A stretch of DNA of 64,000 nucleotides, from assembly GCA_963736105.1 (NCBI GenBank), contig CAVTNL010000001.1:862688-926687 (forward strand), given 5' to 3'. Source of the stretch: an uncultured Nitrospiraceae bacterium. Its GTDB lineage: Bacteria; Nitrospirota; Thermodesulfovibrionia; Thermodesulfovibrionales; Dissulfurispiraceae. The translations under genes were made by a program, and so were the position numbers. This document shows positions 9,260 to 20,611 of this stretch, piece by piece; within the stretch, counting starts at the first letter, position 1, and each line of letters begins with the position of its first letter. Below the pieces are notes generated by a model. That model was not told the origin of the DNA. It ran no database searches and saw only the letters and a program-made list of their open reading frames with translations.

Positions 9260-9387
9260 AAGCGGACGTTAGTTCGAGAACAAGGCAGGGACACTACTAT
9301 GGAGTTCAAGCTGCTAAGAATCCGACATGATCAAGGTCGGACCGGAGTTACTTAGTCGATCATGGATTCAGATAGGGAGGAGCAGAT

Positions 9388-9807
9388 ATGACAAGCAATG
9401 TCGGATCCATTAAGCAAACCTCGCAAAGTTATGGCTCCTTCCGTCAATTGTTATTCTTGATCTTTATCTGTGTGATTGCCGACATGTGGGGCTGTTCTGT
9501 TGCACCATCTGAAAGCACAGTGGCGAAAACGATCACTGATTATTTTGAAAGTGGACAATATAAAGTTGTCGATCTCAAGATTGGAAAGATACAGGGTATG
9601 CCTTTGTCTGAAAAGACATATATGGGGACTCCGGGTTATGTCGTTGATATTGTTTCCATTACCCTTGAACCAAACGTGGATAAAGGCATTGATATCAAGA
9701 AGGGCAAGCAAATTACTTTTTCAAATGCAAGGGTCAGGGTAAGGCAGGATACGGGAGATAAGAATGTGTGGCGTGTTTCCATTATTTCTGGAATCACTGT
9801 GCCATAA
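9388..9807 (+). CDS. Hypothetical exported or membrane-anchored protein
   Basis: N-terminal hydrophobic segment; no family recognised. Confidence 0.3.
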   Translation: MTSNVGSIKQTSQSYGSFRQLLFLIFICVIADMWGCSVAPSESTVAKTITDYFESGQYKVVDLKIGKIQGMPLSEKTYMGTPGYVVDIVSITLEPNVDKGIDIKKGKQITFSNARVRVRQDTGDKNVWRVSIISGITVP

Positions 9808-9962
9808 TCAGCAGAATGATAACCTTCTGGAACAGCTGAAAGAGAAAAACCATAAAAAAATGCTGATGTTGTTTCTATGGTATTGCAGAGTATTCATCAA
9901 TGAAGTTAGTTATTCGGTGGTTTCTGAAATCAAAACCAGGAGGATCACTGATTTATGGACAA

Positions 9963-10112
9963 ATGGGATGCACTATCTGTGGATATATCTACGACCATGA
10001 AATGGGCGATCCAGATGGAGGTATCGCTCCCGGTACCCCTTTTGATCAAATTCCGGAAGGTTGGGTATGCCCTGTCTGCGGTGCTGCCAAAGATTTGTTT
10101 GAGAAAGTATAG
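9963..10112 (+). CDS. rub: Rubredoxin
   Basis: [11 protein letters not shown]...[16 protein letters not shown]; classic CxxC(G)...CPxCG. Confidence 0.8.
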   Translation: MGCTICGYIYDHEMGDPDGGIAPGTPFDQIPEGWVCPVCGAAKDLFEKV

Positions 10113-10596
10113 TCTATAACTGACAGGAGTGCATCCTCGCTAATTGCTTTGTGCGGTTATCTCCATCCAGCCAGAATGTAAACGTGGGCTGCGACATAAA
10201 GAAGCTTGCACCTCATCTGGAATCTAAATTGCAATAATTCCTCGACGCGCACGATACAGTCAGGATAGAGAATTTGAAAGTCTTGGCCAAAGTCTCGTGT
10301 CTTCTATTAGACAATGACTATTGGCAGCAGACCGTAATCGAATGGTTTGCGCCGGTTGGAAAGGATGCACTATATAAATGACACTCAGCATGCGAAGCTT
10401 CTTGTACTAATGATGGGTCCCGATAAACTTTGCTGTGATTTTTACTGAAATTCCTGAGCAGTACTTTATTAGTATACTAGAATTGACTCGATTAAAGGCT
10501 TTAAGAGGAGTGGTACTTTCTTTATCAAAACAGTGCATGACTAACAGCTATTTCATCTGCTAATGTATGTTATCTATCTGAAACATATTTCTATTT

Positions 10597-12201
10597 ATGA
10601 TGAGAAAACTTACCATAAGCGCAGTCCTCGTCATTTTTCTCTTTAATAATATTGTCCTTGCCTCTGATTTTAGGTTCTCGCCGCATCCCAACACGGCTAA
10701 TCTCATAAAATGGAGGCACTGGGAGAAGCCGACCTTTGACGAAGCGGAGAAAGAAGGTAAACCCATACTGCTCTCCATAAGTGCAGTATGGTGTTACTGG
10801 TGCCACGTAATGGATGAAACAACTTATTCTGCTATTGATGTAATCGATTACATTAATAGTAATTTTATTCCGGTTAGGGTGGATGCAAACATGAGACCCG
10901 ATATAGACAATCTGTACAACCAGGGAGGCTGGCCCAGCACAGTTGTCCTTACGCCTAAGGGAGAAATAGTGCAGGGAGGAAACTACATTTCACAGGAGTC
11001 TATGATTGTTTGGCTTTCAGATGCACTAGAGATGCTCAAGGATGATAAAAATGGATTCAAAGAAAGAAGCAAAACAATAAATAAGAAGAGAAAAGAGACG
11101 GTTCGACAACAGGAAGGCACTACTCCAGATGTTTTTCAGATTACCAAGATAACCAATTTGCTTGAATCATCATACGACAAGAGGTATGGTGGCTTCGGGT
11201 TCTCGCAAAAGTTTCCTAATCCAGACGCAATAGATTTTCTACTCTCAGGGTATCTGAAAACAAGAACTTCCGAGCTGGCTACAATGATTTCCACGACTCT
11301 TGAGAAAATGTCTAGGGGGGAAATTTATGACCGTGTCGAAGGAGGCTTCTTCAGATATTCCACCGGGCGTGACTGGTCGGCCCCGCATTATGAGAAAATG
11401 CTGGATTTGAATGCGGCTCTCATCGGGAGTTATGCATCCGCCTATATGGTATATGCTAAGAGTGACGATAAGAAGGTCTTGAATAAAACGATCGCTTATA
11501 TAGAGAAGTATCTCTATGACAAAAGAACTGGAGCTTTTTACGGCAGTCAGGATGCTGAGGAGAAGTACTACGGGACAACTGAGAGATCCGGGCTTAAGCC
11601 ACCACACGTTGATAGCACTATTTACGCTGACTCAAATGCCCAGATGATAACGGGCCTTATTGACGCGTATGGAGCAACCGGTGAGAAAAGGTTTCTTAGA
11701 ATGGCGAAGCGGGCTGCTGAATTTATCATTATACATCTCTATACAGATAATGACGGTACGTATCATTATTACTCTGGGCAGAAGCATGTGAGTGGTCTGC
11801 TCTCAGATAACGTGCTCTTTGGGTTGGCACTTATTGATTTATACAATTCGACAGGTGAAAAAAGATACATAAGCATAGCTGAAGATATTTCTCGCCTTAT
11901 CATAGATAAATTTTATGATAAGACAAACGGCCATTTCATTCCGTTTCTTGAAACGACCATAGTCAACCCTGAGAAAGCAAGTGCGCTTGCAGACTACAAC
12001 ACCTACCTGGCAAATTACAGGGCAGTAATATTATTAAACAGACTTTATTATTTTAATGGGAAGGAAGGACTGAAAAACATCATTGAGAGTGCAATTGCCA
12101 AGCTGAGCACTGGCTATGTGTGGGCGGCGGGGAAAAAAAACCGATTCCGGTGGAACCGAAAGCGTCGCCTTGGGAGCCGGTCTTTAGCTGTTAGCTTGTA
12201 A
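10597..12201 (+). pseudogene. DUF255/YyaL-family thioredoxin-domain protein (thioredoxin-like N-term with CYWC plus six-hairpin glycosidase-like domain), N-terminal portion. The gene is interrupted by an IS21-family insertion.
   Basis: Signal peptide; SAVWCYWCH motif; COG1331-like body. The C-terminal remainder of the same family resumes at about 14950-15285, downstream of istAB. Confidence 0.65.
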
Positions 12202-12283
12202 GTGCTGCAACAAAGATAAGACCTACCTTTTTATTCCTTCCTAATGCAATGATTACCTCTGACGTAAGAGCGGAGGTGGGTCA

Positions 12284-12649
12284 TTGGCGAAGCGATGTAT
12301 CTATTGCGGGCGACATTTTACTCCTGATCGACGGCTGGGCGATCGGCAAAAAGCATGTAGCCGGGATCAGTGCAAGAAGAAACGCAAGCAAAGTGCCCAG
12401 CAGGCTTGGAACGTAAAGAATCCTGGATATTATAAAGGCCGCTACTGGTATGTGAAGGAATGGCGACAGCAGAAGCGCCAACAGAGTGCTGCCCTCCGGT
12501 CTCAGTCCATGATACAAGACGCGATACCCCCTTCAAAGTCATACCAGCAACTGGTTCTGCTGATACCGGACACGATAACAGGTGTGATACAAGACGAGAT
12601 ACGGCTGCGAAGGGTTGATAGTACTACGTTTACCGCCTATGGACCGTGA
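12284..12649 (+). CDS. Small basic Zn-ribbon protein (CxxC...CxxxxC), possible IS passenger or regulator
   Basis: 121-aa ORF inside the inserted element, upstream of istA. Lys/Arg/Gln-rich. The IstA-binding-like repeats lie in its 3' half. Confidence 0.3.
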   Translation: MAKRCIYCGRHFTPDRRLGDRQKACSRDQCKKKRKQSAQQAWNVKNPGYYKGRYWYVKEWRQQKRQQSAALRSQSMIQDAIPPSKSYQQLVLLIPDTITGVIQDEIRLRRVDSTTFTAYGP

Positions 12650-12725
12650 TACAAGACACGATGGACTACGGCAAAGTGCCGATGTAAACTTGGGAATCAC
12701 GACAAGCAAGGAGACAGCGGCCGAA

Positions 12726-14138
12726 ATGGAAGAATCACTTCAGAGCCGGGTACGGCATCTCTACCAAATTGAAGGATTGAGTCTGACCCAGGTAGGCAGG
12801 CAACTTGGCATATCCAGGAAGAAGGTTACCCGTCTCGTCCGACAGGATGATCTGCAAAGAAAGTCTTCAGAGACCGTAACTACTCCTTATGAACGACTGA
12901 TAGAGCAGTGGTACAAGGAATATCCGCTCCTCAAAGCCGTTCAGGTATTGGAACGACTGAAGAGCTATGGCTATGAGGGAGGGTATACAGCGGTAAAGGA
13001 ATGTACTCTTCAGTTCAGGAATAAGCGAAAGAACACCTCCTATCATGCTCTGGAGTTCCTTCCTGGAGAAGAAGCTCAGGTTGATTGGATGCAGCGGACC
13101 ATGCCTTTCGGCGTTGTTTACGGGTTTGTCTATATCCTGTCCTATTCGCGGTACCTCTACGCCCACTTCTATCTGAGGAGTTCCATGGAGTTCTTTCTGG
13201 ACGGCCACATAGAGGCTCTAAAGGAGATCGGAGGAATCGTCAGCAGACACACTTACGACAATCTCAAATCCGTAGTCATAAATAGAAAGCCCGTGATCAC
13301 ATACAATGCAAGGTTTGTGGACTTCGCCAGACATTATGGCTTTTCGATTCGTGCCTGCAATCCCGGCAAGCCCAATGAAAAAGGCAGAGTTGAGAGGGTT
13401 ATCAGGGACATCGAAAGCTTCCTCGTTGCCAACACCTTCAGTGATATCGGCGACCTCAACAGAAGACTCGGGCAGTGGCGGATACAGAGAAACAACAAGA
13501 TTCACCGGTCCCTGGGGATAACGCCCGCGGAGGCATTGAAACAGGAACGTCTCAGGAATCTTCCTCAGATCCATTACCTACCTTACCGGCAAGAGCCGGC
13601 GGCTATCAATAAGACATGCTTTGTGGAGTTCGACACCAACCGCTACTCGGTGCCGTCGCAGTACAGCAACAGGCCCTGTGACATCTTTGCTTATCCTCAT
13701 CAGATAGAAATCCTGGTTCAGGGCAAAAAGATAGCGACACACAACAGAGTATTCGACAGGAAACAAAAGATAGAACATCCTTCTCACCGCGAAAGGCTTC
13801 TCAATATCACTCCCCACTTCAAATACCAAAGGATGTACCAGCTCCTGAAGTCCATGGACAAAAACATCGAACACTTCCTCAGGCGGGCCGAACAGGAAGG
13901 ACAGGATCCTCTTGAGATCTCTTACGACCTGTTCAAACTGCTCAAAGGCATAGCCAGAGAGACGCTTATATCGGCGGTAAAGACCGCGATCAGCATCGAT
14001 ACATACAGAGTGACATATATCCAGGGGCTTCTAGGGCCTGCCGGTAATCATGACAATCCCGTGCATCCTCAGAACCATGGGCTGTTACACATCTCATATG
14101 AAGGGAGGCAGCTGAGCGACTATGATGAACTTATCTGA
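12726..14138 (+). CDS. istA: IS21-family transposase IstA (HTH plus DDE integrase core)
   Basis: N-terminal HTH (LSLTQVGRQLGISRKKVTRL). rve-like integrase core. Likely start at MEES (12726), not the upstream ATG at 12615. Confidence 0.85.
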   Translation: MEESLQSRVRHLYQIEGLSLTQVGRQLGISRKKVTRLVRQDDLQRKSSETVTTPYERLIEQWYKEYPLLKAVQVLERLKSYGYEGGYTAVKECTLQFRNKRKNTSYHALEFLPGEEAQVDWMQRTMPFGVVYGFVYILSYSRYLYAHFYLRSSMEFFLDGHIEALKEIGGIVSRHTYDNLKSVVINRKPVITYNARFVDFARHYGFSIRACNPGKPNEKGRVERVIRDIESFLVANTFSDIGDLNRRLGQWRIQRNNKIHRSLGITPAEALKQERLRNLPQIHYLPYRQEPAAINKTCFVEFDTNRYSVPSQYSNRPCDIFAYPHQIEILVQGKKIATHNRVFDRKQKIEHPSHRERLLNITPHFKYQRMYQLLKSMDKNIEHFLRRAEQEGQDPLEISYDLFKLLKGIARETLISAVKTAISIDTYRVTYIQGLLGPAGNHDNPVHPQNHGLLHISYEGRQLSDYDELI

Positions 14139-14799
14139 ACTGTGGAGACACTTCAGACTCCTTGCGGACCAGGAATCTCTGTCAAAAGAACAAAAGGAGT
14201 TCATGCTGAAGTTCCTCACCGAGGAGTATCAGCGCAAGGAACAAAAAAGAATCCAATATCTCATGAACATGTCCGGTATAAAAAGGACAAAGGTCCTCGA
14301 TGACTTCGACTGGAAATATAATCCTAAGATACCGAGGGACAAGATCCTGGAATACATGAACACGCAGTGGCTTAAGAAACCAAGCAACCTCATTCTCATA
14401 GGTCCTGCCGGCGTCGGCAAAACCCATGTTGCGACAGCACTATGTCACGATGCCCTGAGCAAAGGCCAGCAGACGGTCTTCCTGACACTCTTCGATCTCA
14501 CCGCCAAAATGGCGAAAGCCAAGAGCATATACAGCTTCATCGAATACCATTCAAGGGCAGCCGTTTGGTGTCTGGATGAGATTGGCTATGTGATCCCGAG
14601 CAAAGAACAGGCGGACTGCATCTTCCAGATAATCTCGAAAAGGGCAGAAGTGGGGACGACCATCGTCACCACTAATCTTGTGCCATCAAACTGGGGTAAG
14701 GTGTTCGACACCGTGACTGCGTCGGCGATTCTGGATCGGCTCAGCATGAGCGGAAGGTTCATCACCTTCGAAGGGAGGTCTTATAGGAGTAGACAATAG
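14122..14799 (+). CDS. istB: IS21-family helper ATPase IstB (AAA+, DnaC-like)
   Basis: Walker A GPAGVGKTH; overlaps the istA 3' end. Confidence 0.85.
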   Translation: MMNLSELWRHFRLLADQESLSKEQKEFMLKFLTEEYQRKEQKRIQYLMNMSGIKRTKVLDDFDWKYNPKIPRDKILEYMNTQWLKKPSNLILIGPAGVGKTHVATALCHDALSKGQQTVFLTLFDLTAKMAKAKSIYSFIEYHSRAAVWCLDEIGYVIPSKEQADCIFQIISKRAEVGTTIVTTNLVPSNWGKVFDTVTASAILDRLSMSGRFITFEGRSYRSRQ

Positions 14800-14950
14800 G
14801 CAGTCCTAACTGATGAGACACGGCCTCGCGATAATCTTCATCCTATTGGGACAACTCGCCCCGGCGCCAGGTGTTCGACGGGGTCTTGCGTCTTCATCAA
14901 CTCCAAAAAAGAACCGGCGCCGCCGGAATCGGTTCCTTTCGAGCGCCGCC

Positions 14951-15285
14951 CACACTATGAAGATTACGGACCTTCTGCGGCCCTCTATGGAACGGCATTG
15001 CGATGGAGCGTGGAAGCACCTATTGTCATCACGATAGTTGCGCGTGAGAAGAACGTAGTCAGGTTTCTAATGCCAATCAATAGGAATTACATTCCTCAAA
15101 AGGCAGTTAAAATTTTATCTTTAAAACTTGAAAAAGACCGAATCAGGTCACTCGGCTATCCAAAGGGGGAAGCTGCTTACATTTGTTCGGGAAAGTTATG
15201 CTCACCAGCTCTTACTGAGCCAGATAGGCTGACTGCAGAAATAAAGAGGTTTATGGAAGGTCTTCATGGAAAAGATATGTATTGA
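14951..15285 (+). pseudogene. C-terminal fragment of the IS-disrupted DUF255/YyaL-family gene
   Basis: Frame continues ...YEDYGPSAALYGTALRWSVEAPIVITIV...GEAAYICSGKLCSPALTEPDRL, with the C-terminal CxxxxC of COG1331 proteins. No ATG start; begins at the IS junction. Confidence 0.5.
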
Positions 15286-15793
15286 GAACACTTCTCCAGA
15301 TTTCATCTTCCGTCTTGTTAAGTTCATACAATTCAATTCTTATAGTTGCTTCAGACCCACTGTTCTTTCGTATCCACGCCCCTTTCTGAATTAACTTGTT
15401 TGGCACATGACCTGACATTTTCATTGTCTTAATAATACCGTCAACGCCATTTTCACAGCAGGGATCAAATCTTATCTTTCTGGCAAAAATTATTCGCCCA
15501 TGTATGCACATATGTGGCTTGATAATCTCAACAGCATCGGGGAACTGTTTCTTTGCGTACGCCATCAACTTGTCTGCCTCACCGTTATCCTTGACGAGAT
15601 CGTTATAATCAATTATCAGCCCAAAGCTTTGAGATGGTAAAATGTATCTCTCGATGATTCTAAGAGCAACTGACATTCTATTCCGTGAAAAGGGATCGCT
15701 GTTTTCAGGGTAAAACCTGCCGGGCGCAAGACCATCTGACAGACATCTGCCAATATATAGCACAAGTTCGCAATAGCTTCTCATAAGTGGCAC
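15251..15793 (-). CDS. Hypothetical protein
   Basis: 180-aa ORF; no confident family. Confidence 0.3.
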   Translation of the reverse strand: MPLMRSYCELVLYIGRCLSDGLAPGRFYPENSDPFSRNRMSVALRIIERYILPSQSFGLIIDYNDLVKDNGEADKLMAYAKKQFPDAVEIIKPHMCIHGRIIFARKIRFDPCCENGVDGIIKTMKMSGHVPNKLIQKGAWIRKNSGSEATIRIELYELNKTEDEIWRSVLNTYLFHEDLP

Positions 15794-15856
15794 CGAAACT
15801 AAAGTCCACGCAGTTAAGGCTTTGGCAATACGCTATGCAAAAAAGCGCTAAGCCCC

Positions 15857-16213
15857 TTATCCACGCGCTTTATGTGCATTATCCACCTGGAAAAGTCTGC
15901 CATAAACCGCTGGGTTCCCCGCCTCAAGATCTACCCTGAACTCGGGAAAATAGCGCACAAAGGCCTTATGTTCTGACTTGTGGTGTTCTGCGTCAGCATA
16001 GCCAAGATTTGAATATTCACCCATATATCGTTGCTCAAGTCCAAAGTGATTGTTGATGTATGAATCAAGAAAGGTGGATAGCTTACTTAGCTCTTCCTTA
16101 GCCATTTTGTCATCAAGTGCGTTCAGGAGAGTATTGATGTGAGCGAACAGTTCGCGATGCTGACTGTCTATTATCTCAACACCAACAGTAAGGTCTTGCG
16201 TCCATTCAATCAT
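15857..16213 (-). CDS. Hemerythrin-like (bacteriohemerythrin) protein
   Basis: MIEWTQDLTVGVEIIDSQHRELF...HFGLEQ...HHKSEH His/Glu ligand pattern. The upstream 46-codon extension of the ORF track is unlikely. Confidence 0.7.
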   Translation of the reverse strand: MIEWTQDLTVGVEIIDSQHRELFAHINTLLNALDDKMAKEELSKLSTFLDSYINNHFGLEQRYMGEYSNLGYADAEHHKSEHKAFVRYFPEFRVDLEAGNPAVYGRLFQVDNAHKARG

Positions 16214-16496
16214 AGTACTATTGTATATCCCGCTTTTTGTTTTTGCAAAATAGCCAGATCGACAACGACATGAATGTTCCTTCCGGAAATTATCGCATCC
16301 GTGCAGGTAAAATCGATGACTTTCAGATAGCAGCAAGATTATTTGCGACAAACGCTGGTATTGACTCCCGGTAGAAAGCTCGCATAATTAACCCTATCGC
16401 TAGGGCGATGAGTATAACTAGAAACTGTGCTGGAGCATAGTCTTATGGAACCTTGTTTAACGGTGAAGGTCAGTAGCGTCCATTTTAAATGCGTTG

Positions 16497-16946
<450 letters not shown>

Positions 16947-17628
16947 TTACACTATTTTGAACATTTTGAAAAGTGCTAAGTTCAGGTGTACAACGTAGAA
17001 GGCTAGCATCTTGATTTCGGAAAGAAAGCATGTGCAAAGAATTGCATTCCCTAAATGGAGTAGAACACGATAAAAGCATTTCTACTATTTCGATCTCATA
17101 TTTACTGCAAGAGAGAGAACACTCGCTCTTCAACTCCAGGGTAGGTACTCTCTCCTTCCGTTATTGCTAGAAATTAAAGCCAACCCCCACTCTGATACTG
17201 TATATAGCATCTCCAGTCCTGTTGGTCAAAATTGAGATAATAAGTAGTTACATTGAGTTGTCGGTTCCAACAGCACCAAGAAGTTGATAGCGCGAACGAA
17301 TCTCTTCGGTTGTTTAATACCGATAACAATTACCACAATATTTTGGCATCTAACTCCCAAAGGCAAATTCGCCTTATGCTTCCTTGACAGACAGCAAGGT
17401 TCATTAGGAAATGATCCTGCACATATATATACTGTAGCAATAAAATAATATTCCAGATAAGGACAAATCTTTCGTGAAGATGGGGCGGAAAGCGACTGGT
17501 AGCGGAATCAAGACGGCGGAACTGCTGGATAGTTCAACTTCAGCTGATCCTGCTTTTTATATTTGATAACATGGGTCAAGTATTAATTATGTGCTGCTGA
17601 TTTTCATTCTGCAGGAAGGGGTGATCAA

Positions 17629-19875
17629 ATGCAACAGAAATTTATGCGGATATTAAAGGCCTTTTCCCCAAGTATTGTCGCAATATTTCTATTATCGCTA
17701 TTAAGCTCTAATAATGCTTGCGGTGCTCAGGATTCAGCAAGCATTGGATTAAACAAAATAAAACAATGCAACAACCTGATACAGTTTAAGGCAGGCAATC
17801 ACGTACTCGGTTTTGCTTCTTCAAAGGTATACCTTGCTTCACTTGATCATGCCTTAACCCTTGAGTTTATAGGTACAGAGGGGGTTATGCCGGAAGCCGA
17901 CGGGGATTTGCTGGCAACTAGTGCAGGGACTGAAGCTCAAGCGTTAAAAAAGGTTTTTTATCAAAATTTATGGGAGGGCATCAGCCTTTCGTATAATGCG
18001 ACAAGGGAAGGTATAACCGAAAGCACGTATCATGTAGCAGCAGGTGCGGACGTCTCAAAGATAAAGTTGAAGTACAACGTTCCTGTCGAGCTGCAGAAGA
18101 ACGGCTCCATCAAGTTTAGGTTTGATAATGGTAACATGACTGAATCTGCACCGATTGCATGGCAGGAGATAGACGGAAAGCGTAAACTGGTTCCAGTGTC
18201 ATTTAACATCTCGCGGTACGAAGTCGGGTTTAGCATAGGCAAATATGACAAAAACAGACCGCTTACAATAGACCCTGTATATTCATGGAACACCTTCTAC
18301 GGTTCGGGCAATGGCGATGCAGGTGTAAAAATAGCAGTAGACGGCAATGGCAATATGTATGTCACGGGATATAGCACCGCAACGTGGAAAGGTCCTTCGG
18401 GGCAGTCACCACTCAATGCCTATAGCGATGGCAGCAACGAGGGTATTTTTGTGCTGAAACTCAACAGCAGCGGAGCATATCAGTGGCACACCTTCTACGG
18501 TGGTAGCAGTGGTGATTACGGCGAAGCCATAGCAGTAGACGGCAGTGGTAATGTTTATGTCACAGGACATGGCTACGATAGCTGGGGCACTCCACTTAAC
18601 GCTTTTAGTGGCCCACAGGACTTCTTCGTGTTGAAGCTCAACAGCAGCGGGGTATATCAGTGGAACACCTTCTACGGTTCGGGCGATTATGATTACGGCT
18701 ACGGCATAACCGTGGACAGTAGCGGTGGTGTTTATGTCACGGGATCGAGCTTCGAAACATGGGGCACTCCACTTAACGCTTTTAGTGGCTCAGGCGACTT
18801 CTTTGTGCTGAAACTCAACAGCAGTGGAGCATATCAGTGGAACACATTCTACGGTTCTGGCAATGGTGATTACGGCTCCGGCATAGCTGTAGACGGAAGC
18901 GCCAACGTGTATGTTACGGGATTCAGCTACGGAACCTGGGGCACTCCAATTAACGCTATTAGCGGCGAGGAGTTCTTCGTGCTGAAGCTCAACAGCAGCG
19001 GGGCATATCAGTGGAACACCTTCTACGGTTCGGGCAGTGCTGATGAGGGCTATGGCATAACTGTGGACGGAAGCGCCAACGTGTATGTCACGGGATTCAG
19101 CTACGGAACCTGGGGTACTCCACTTAACGCTTTTAGTGGCTCAAGGGACATCTTTGTGCTGAAGCTCAACAGCAGCGGGGCACATCAGTGGAACACCTTC
19201 TACGGCTCGGGCAAAGGGGATACGGGCTATGACATATCAGTGGACGGCAGTGACAGTGTGTATGTTACGGGATACAGCTTAGGAACATGGGGCACTCCAC
19301 TACACGCTTTTAACGGCTACGGTGATATCTTTGTGCTGAAACTCAACAGCGATGGAGCATATCAGTGGAACACGTTCTATGGCTCGGGCTATGCTGAGTT
19401 TGAACTTTATGATAACGGCTTTGGTATAAGATTGGACAGCAGCGGTAATGTGGATGTCACAGGGTATAGTTACGAAAACTGGGAGGGCCCGGGGACGTGT
19501 TTGACAGCAGGGATACCGCCTTGCCCGCTCAATCCTTTTAGCGGTATAAGCGGTAGTGGTAGCAGTGACATCTTTGTGCTGCAATTACAGCTTGATACAT
19601 GTCCCGCAAACAACCCTGTGGAGATTGAAGACACAGACACTCCTTACGGTTCGTTTCTAGACGCCTATGACGCAGCCGTCACTGGGCAGTCTATCCTGAT
19701 GCAGGCAGTAACGGTATTCTCCGGAACACTCGATCTGGAACGCCCTGTAGAAGTTACACTGCAGGGGGGATATGAATGTGGGTTTCCATCAGCCCCGCCT
19801 GGCAGATCGACCATCAATGGCAGCGTGACCATAAGCGGTGGAACGGTGACAATTGCGAATCTCATTATTCAGTAG
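17629..19875 (+). CDS. Secreted SBBP (beta-propeller) repeat protein
   Basis: Signal peptide. About nine tandem units of the form YVTGYS...WGTPLNAFSGSGDIFVLKLNSSGAYQWNTFYGSGxGDxGYGIAVDGSGNVYVTG. Confidence 0.7.
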   Translation: MQQKFMRILKAFSPSIVAIFLLSLLSSNNACGAQDSASIGLNKIKQCNNLIQFKAGNHVLGFASSKVYLASLDHALTLEFIGTEGVMPEADGDLLATSAGTEAQALKKVFYQNLWEGISLSYNATREGITESTYHVAAGADVSKIKLKYNVPVELQKNGSIKFRFDNGNMTESAPIAWQEIDGKRKLVPVSFNISRYEVGFSIGKYDKNRPLTIDPVYSWNTFYGSGNGDAGVKIAVDGNGNMYVTGYSTATWKGPSGQSPLNAYSDGSNEGIFVLKLNSSGAYQWHTFYGGSSGDYGEAIAVDGSGNVYVTGHGYDSWGTPLNAFSGPQDFFVLKLNSSGVYQWNTFYGSGDYDYGYGITVDSSGGVYVTGSSFETWGTPLNAFSGSGDFFVLKLNSSGAYQWNTFYGSGNGDYGSGIAVDGSANVYVTGFSYGTWGTPINAISGEEFFVLKLNSSGAYQWNTFYGSGSADEGYGITVDGSANVYVTGFSYGTWGTPLNAFSGSRDIFVLKLNSSGAHQWNTFYGSGKGDTGYDISVDGSDSVYVTGYSLGTWGTPLHAFNGYGDIFVLKLNSDGAYQWNTFYGSGYAEFELYDNGFGIRLDSSGNVDVTGYSYENWEGPGTCLTAGIPPCPLNPFSGISGSGSSDIFVLQLQLDTCPANNPVEIEDTDTPYGSFLDAYDAAVTGQSILMQAVTVFSGTLDLERPVEVTLQGGYECGFPSAPPGRSTINGSVTISGGTVTIANLIIQ
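18290..19400 (+). repeat. Tandem DNA repeats of about 180 bp encoding the SBBP units
   Basis: Near-identical nucleotide blocks such as gtgctgaa(g/a)ctcaacagcagcgg(g/a)gcatatcagtggaacaccttctacggttcgggc recur with about 180-bp periodicity. Confidence 0.6.
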
Positions 19876-20611
19876 AGAGGAGCTTGTTGACATTATCCGC
19901 ATGATATCGCTGCAAGCAGAAGAATAGTTTTTGAGGTATGAGCTCTTTCTCCTCCATGCCTCTTTATTATCCATGCTTGTGATATTCAGGTTATCCTCTC
20001 CTCAATGACCGGCTGAAAATTAAAGATTATCTTTGAAACAAACAGGGCAGAGTGTTGGTGTCGGCCCCCCTATTTGTCTTAGTTAGTGGAATATCGCATG
20101 TCTCAGCAGTCCAGATTAAGGCGTGGTACAAGAGACTCTCGACGAAGCGGCCACTAGAGATATTTTTAGAAAATCATCACATCTCTGGCGCTGGTGGCAC
20201 CGGAAGTTTTCAGGTGCACATAATATTTTCAGGAGAAGAATGTCAGTCTAGACTTTCGATCTAAATAAACCGTCTTTACTACAGCTGGCGCATAGAGATC
20301 ATTGATCCACTTAACTCGTCAGTGAGTCAGATTAAGGCACGTTCTGCAGAAAATAATCAAGGACGGGTTAATTATTAGCTCTTTCGTTAATCATCGATCT
20401 TGCCATACTGCCATACTGCGAGCAACGTTTATTTTCAGTAGGCACAAACATTTTCCACCGACAGGCGCAAGTATCGATTACCGAAAAAAAATCATGCATC
20501 ATTAATACGGACGGCGATATTGAGATTATGAGTAGAAAGAGCTAAAATTGTGCTTTAGTAGTAGAAAGATAAAAGGGAATTTTATATATTAAGCATGATA
20601 AGCACAAGTGT

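Larger units (their letters stand above)
12125..14950 (+). mobile_element. IS21-family insertion sequence (istA-istB) inserted into the DUF255 gene; boundaries approximate
   Basis: About 30-bp imperfect inverted repeats, GGCGGGGAAAAAAAACCGATTCCGGTGG (12128-12158) against the reverse complement of 14915-14950. Internal triple direct repeat (C/G)TGATACAAGAC(G/A)(C/A)GAT at 12508, 12583 and 12646 upstream of istA, with related inverted copies near 14843-14899. Overlapping istA/istB as is typical of IS21. Confidence 0.55.

Noticed and set aside
9900-9962. Upstream extension of the rubredoxin ORF ([21 protein letters not shown]...)
   Set aside because: Rubredoxins are about 50 aa and the conserved fold begins at MGCTICGY. 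The listed start codon just reflects the longest ORF.
12500-12670. Three spaced direct repeats (gatacaagac...) that superficially resemble a tiny CRISPR-like array
   Set aside because: Only three copies with irregular spacing (about 75 and 63 bp) and imperfect 11-18-bp repeats lying inside an IS21 element directly upstream of istA. Related inverted copies sit near the other end. They are read as transposase (IstA) binding sites, not CRISPR repeats. No cas genes in the window.
20052-20264. 70-aa ORF in the AT-rich spacer after the SBBP gene
   Set aside because: No RBS, low-complexity and odd composition, no recognisable motif. Likely spurious.
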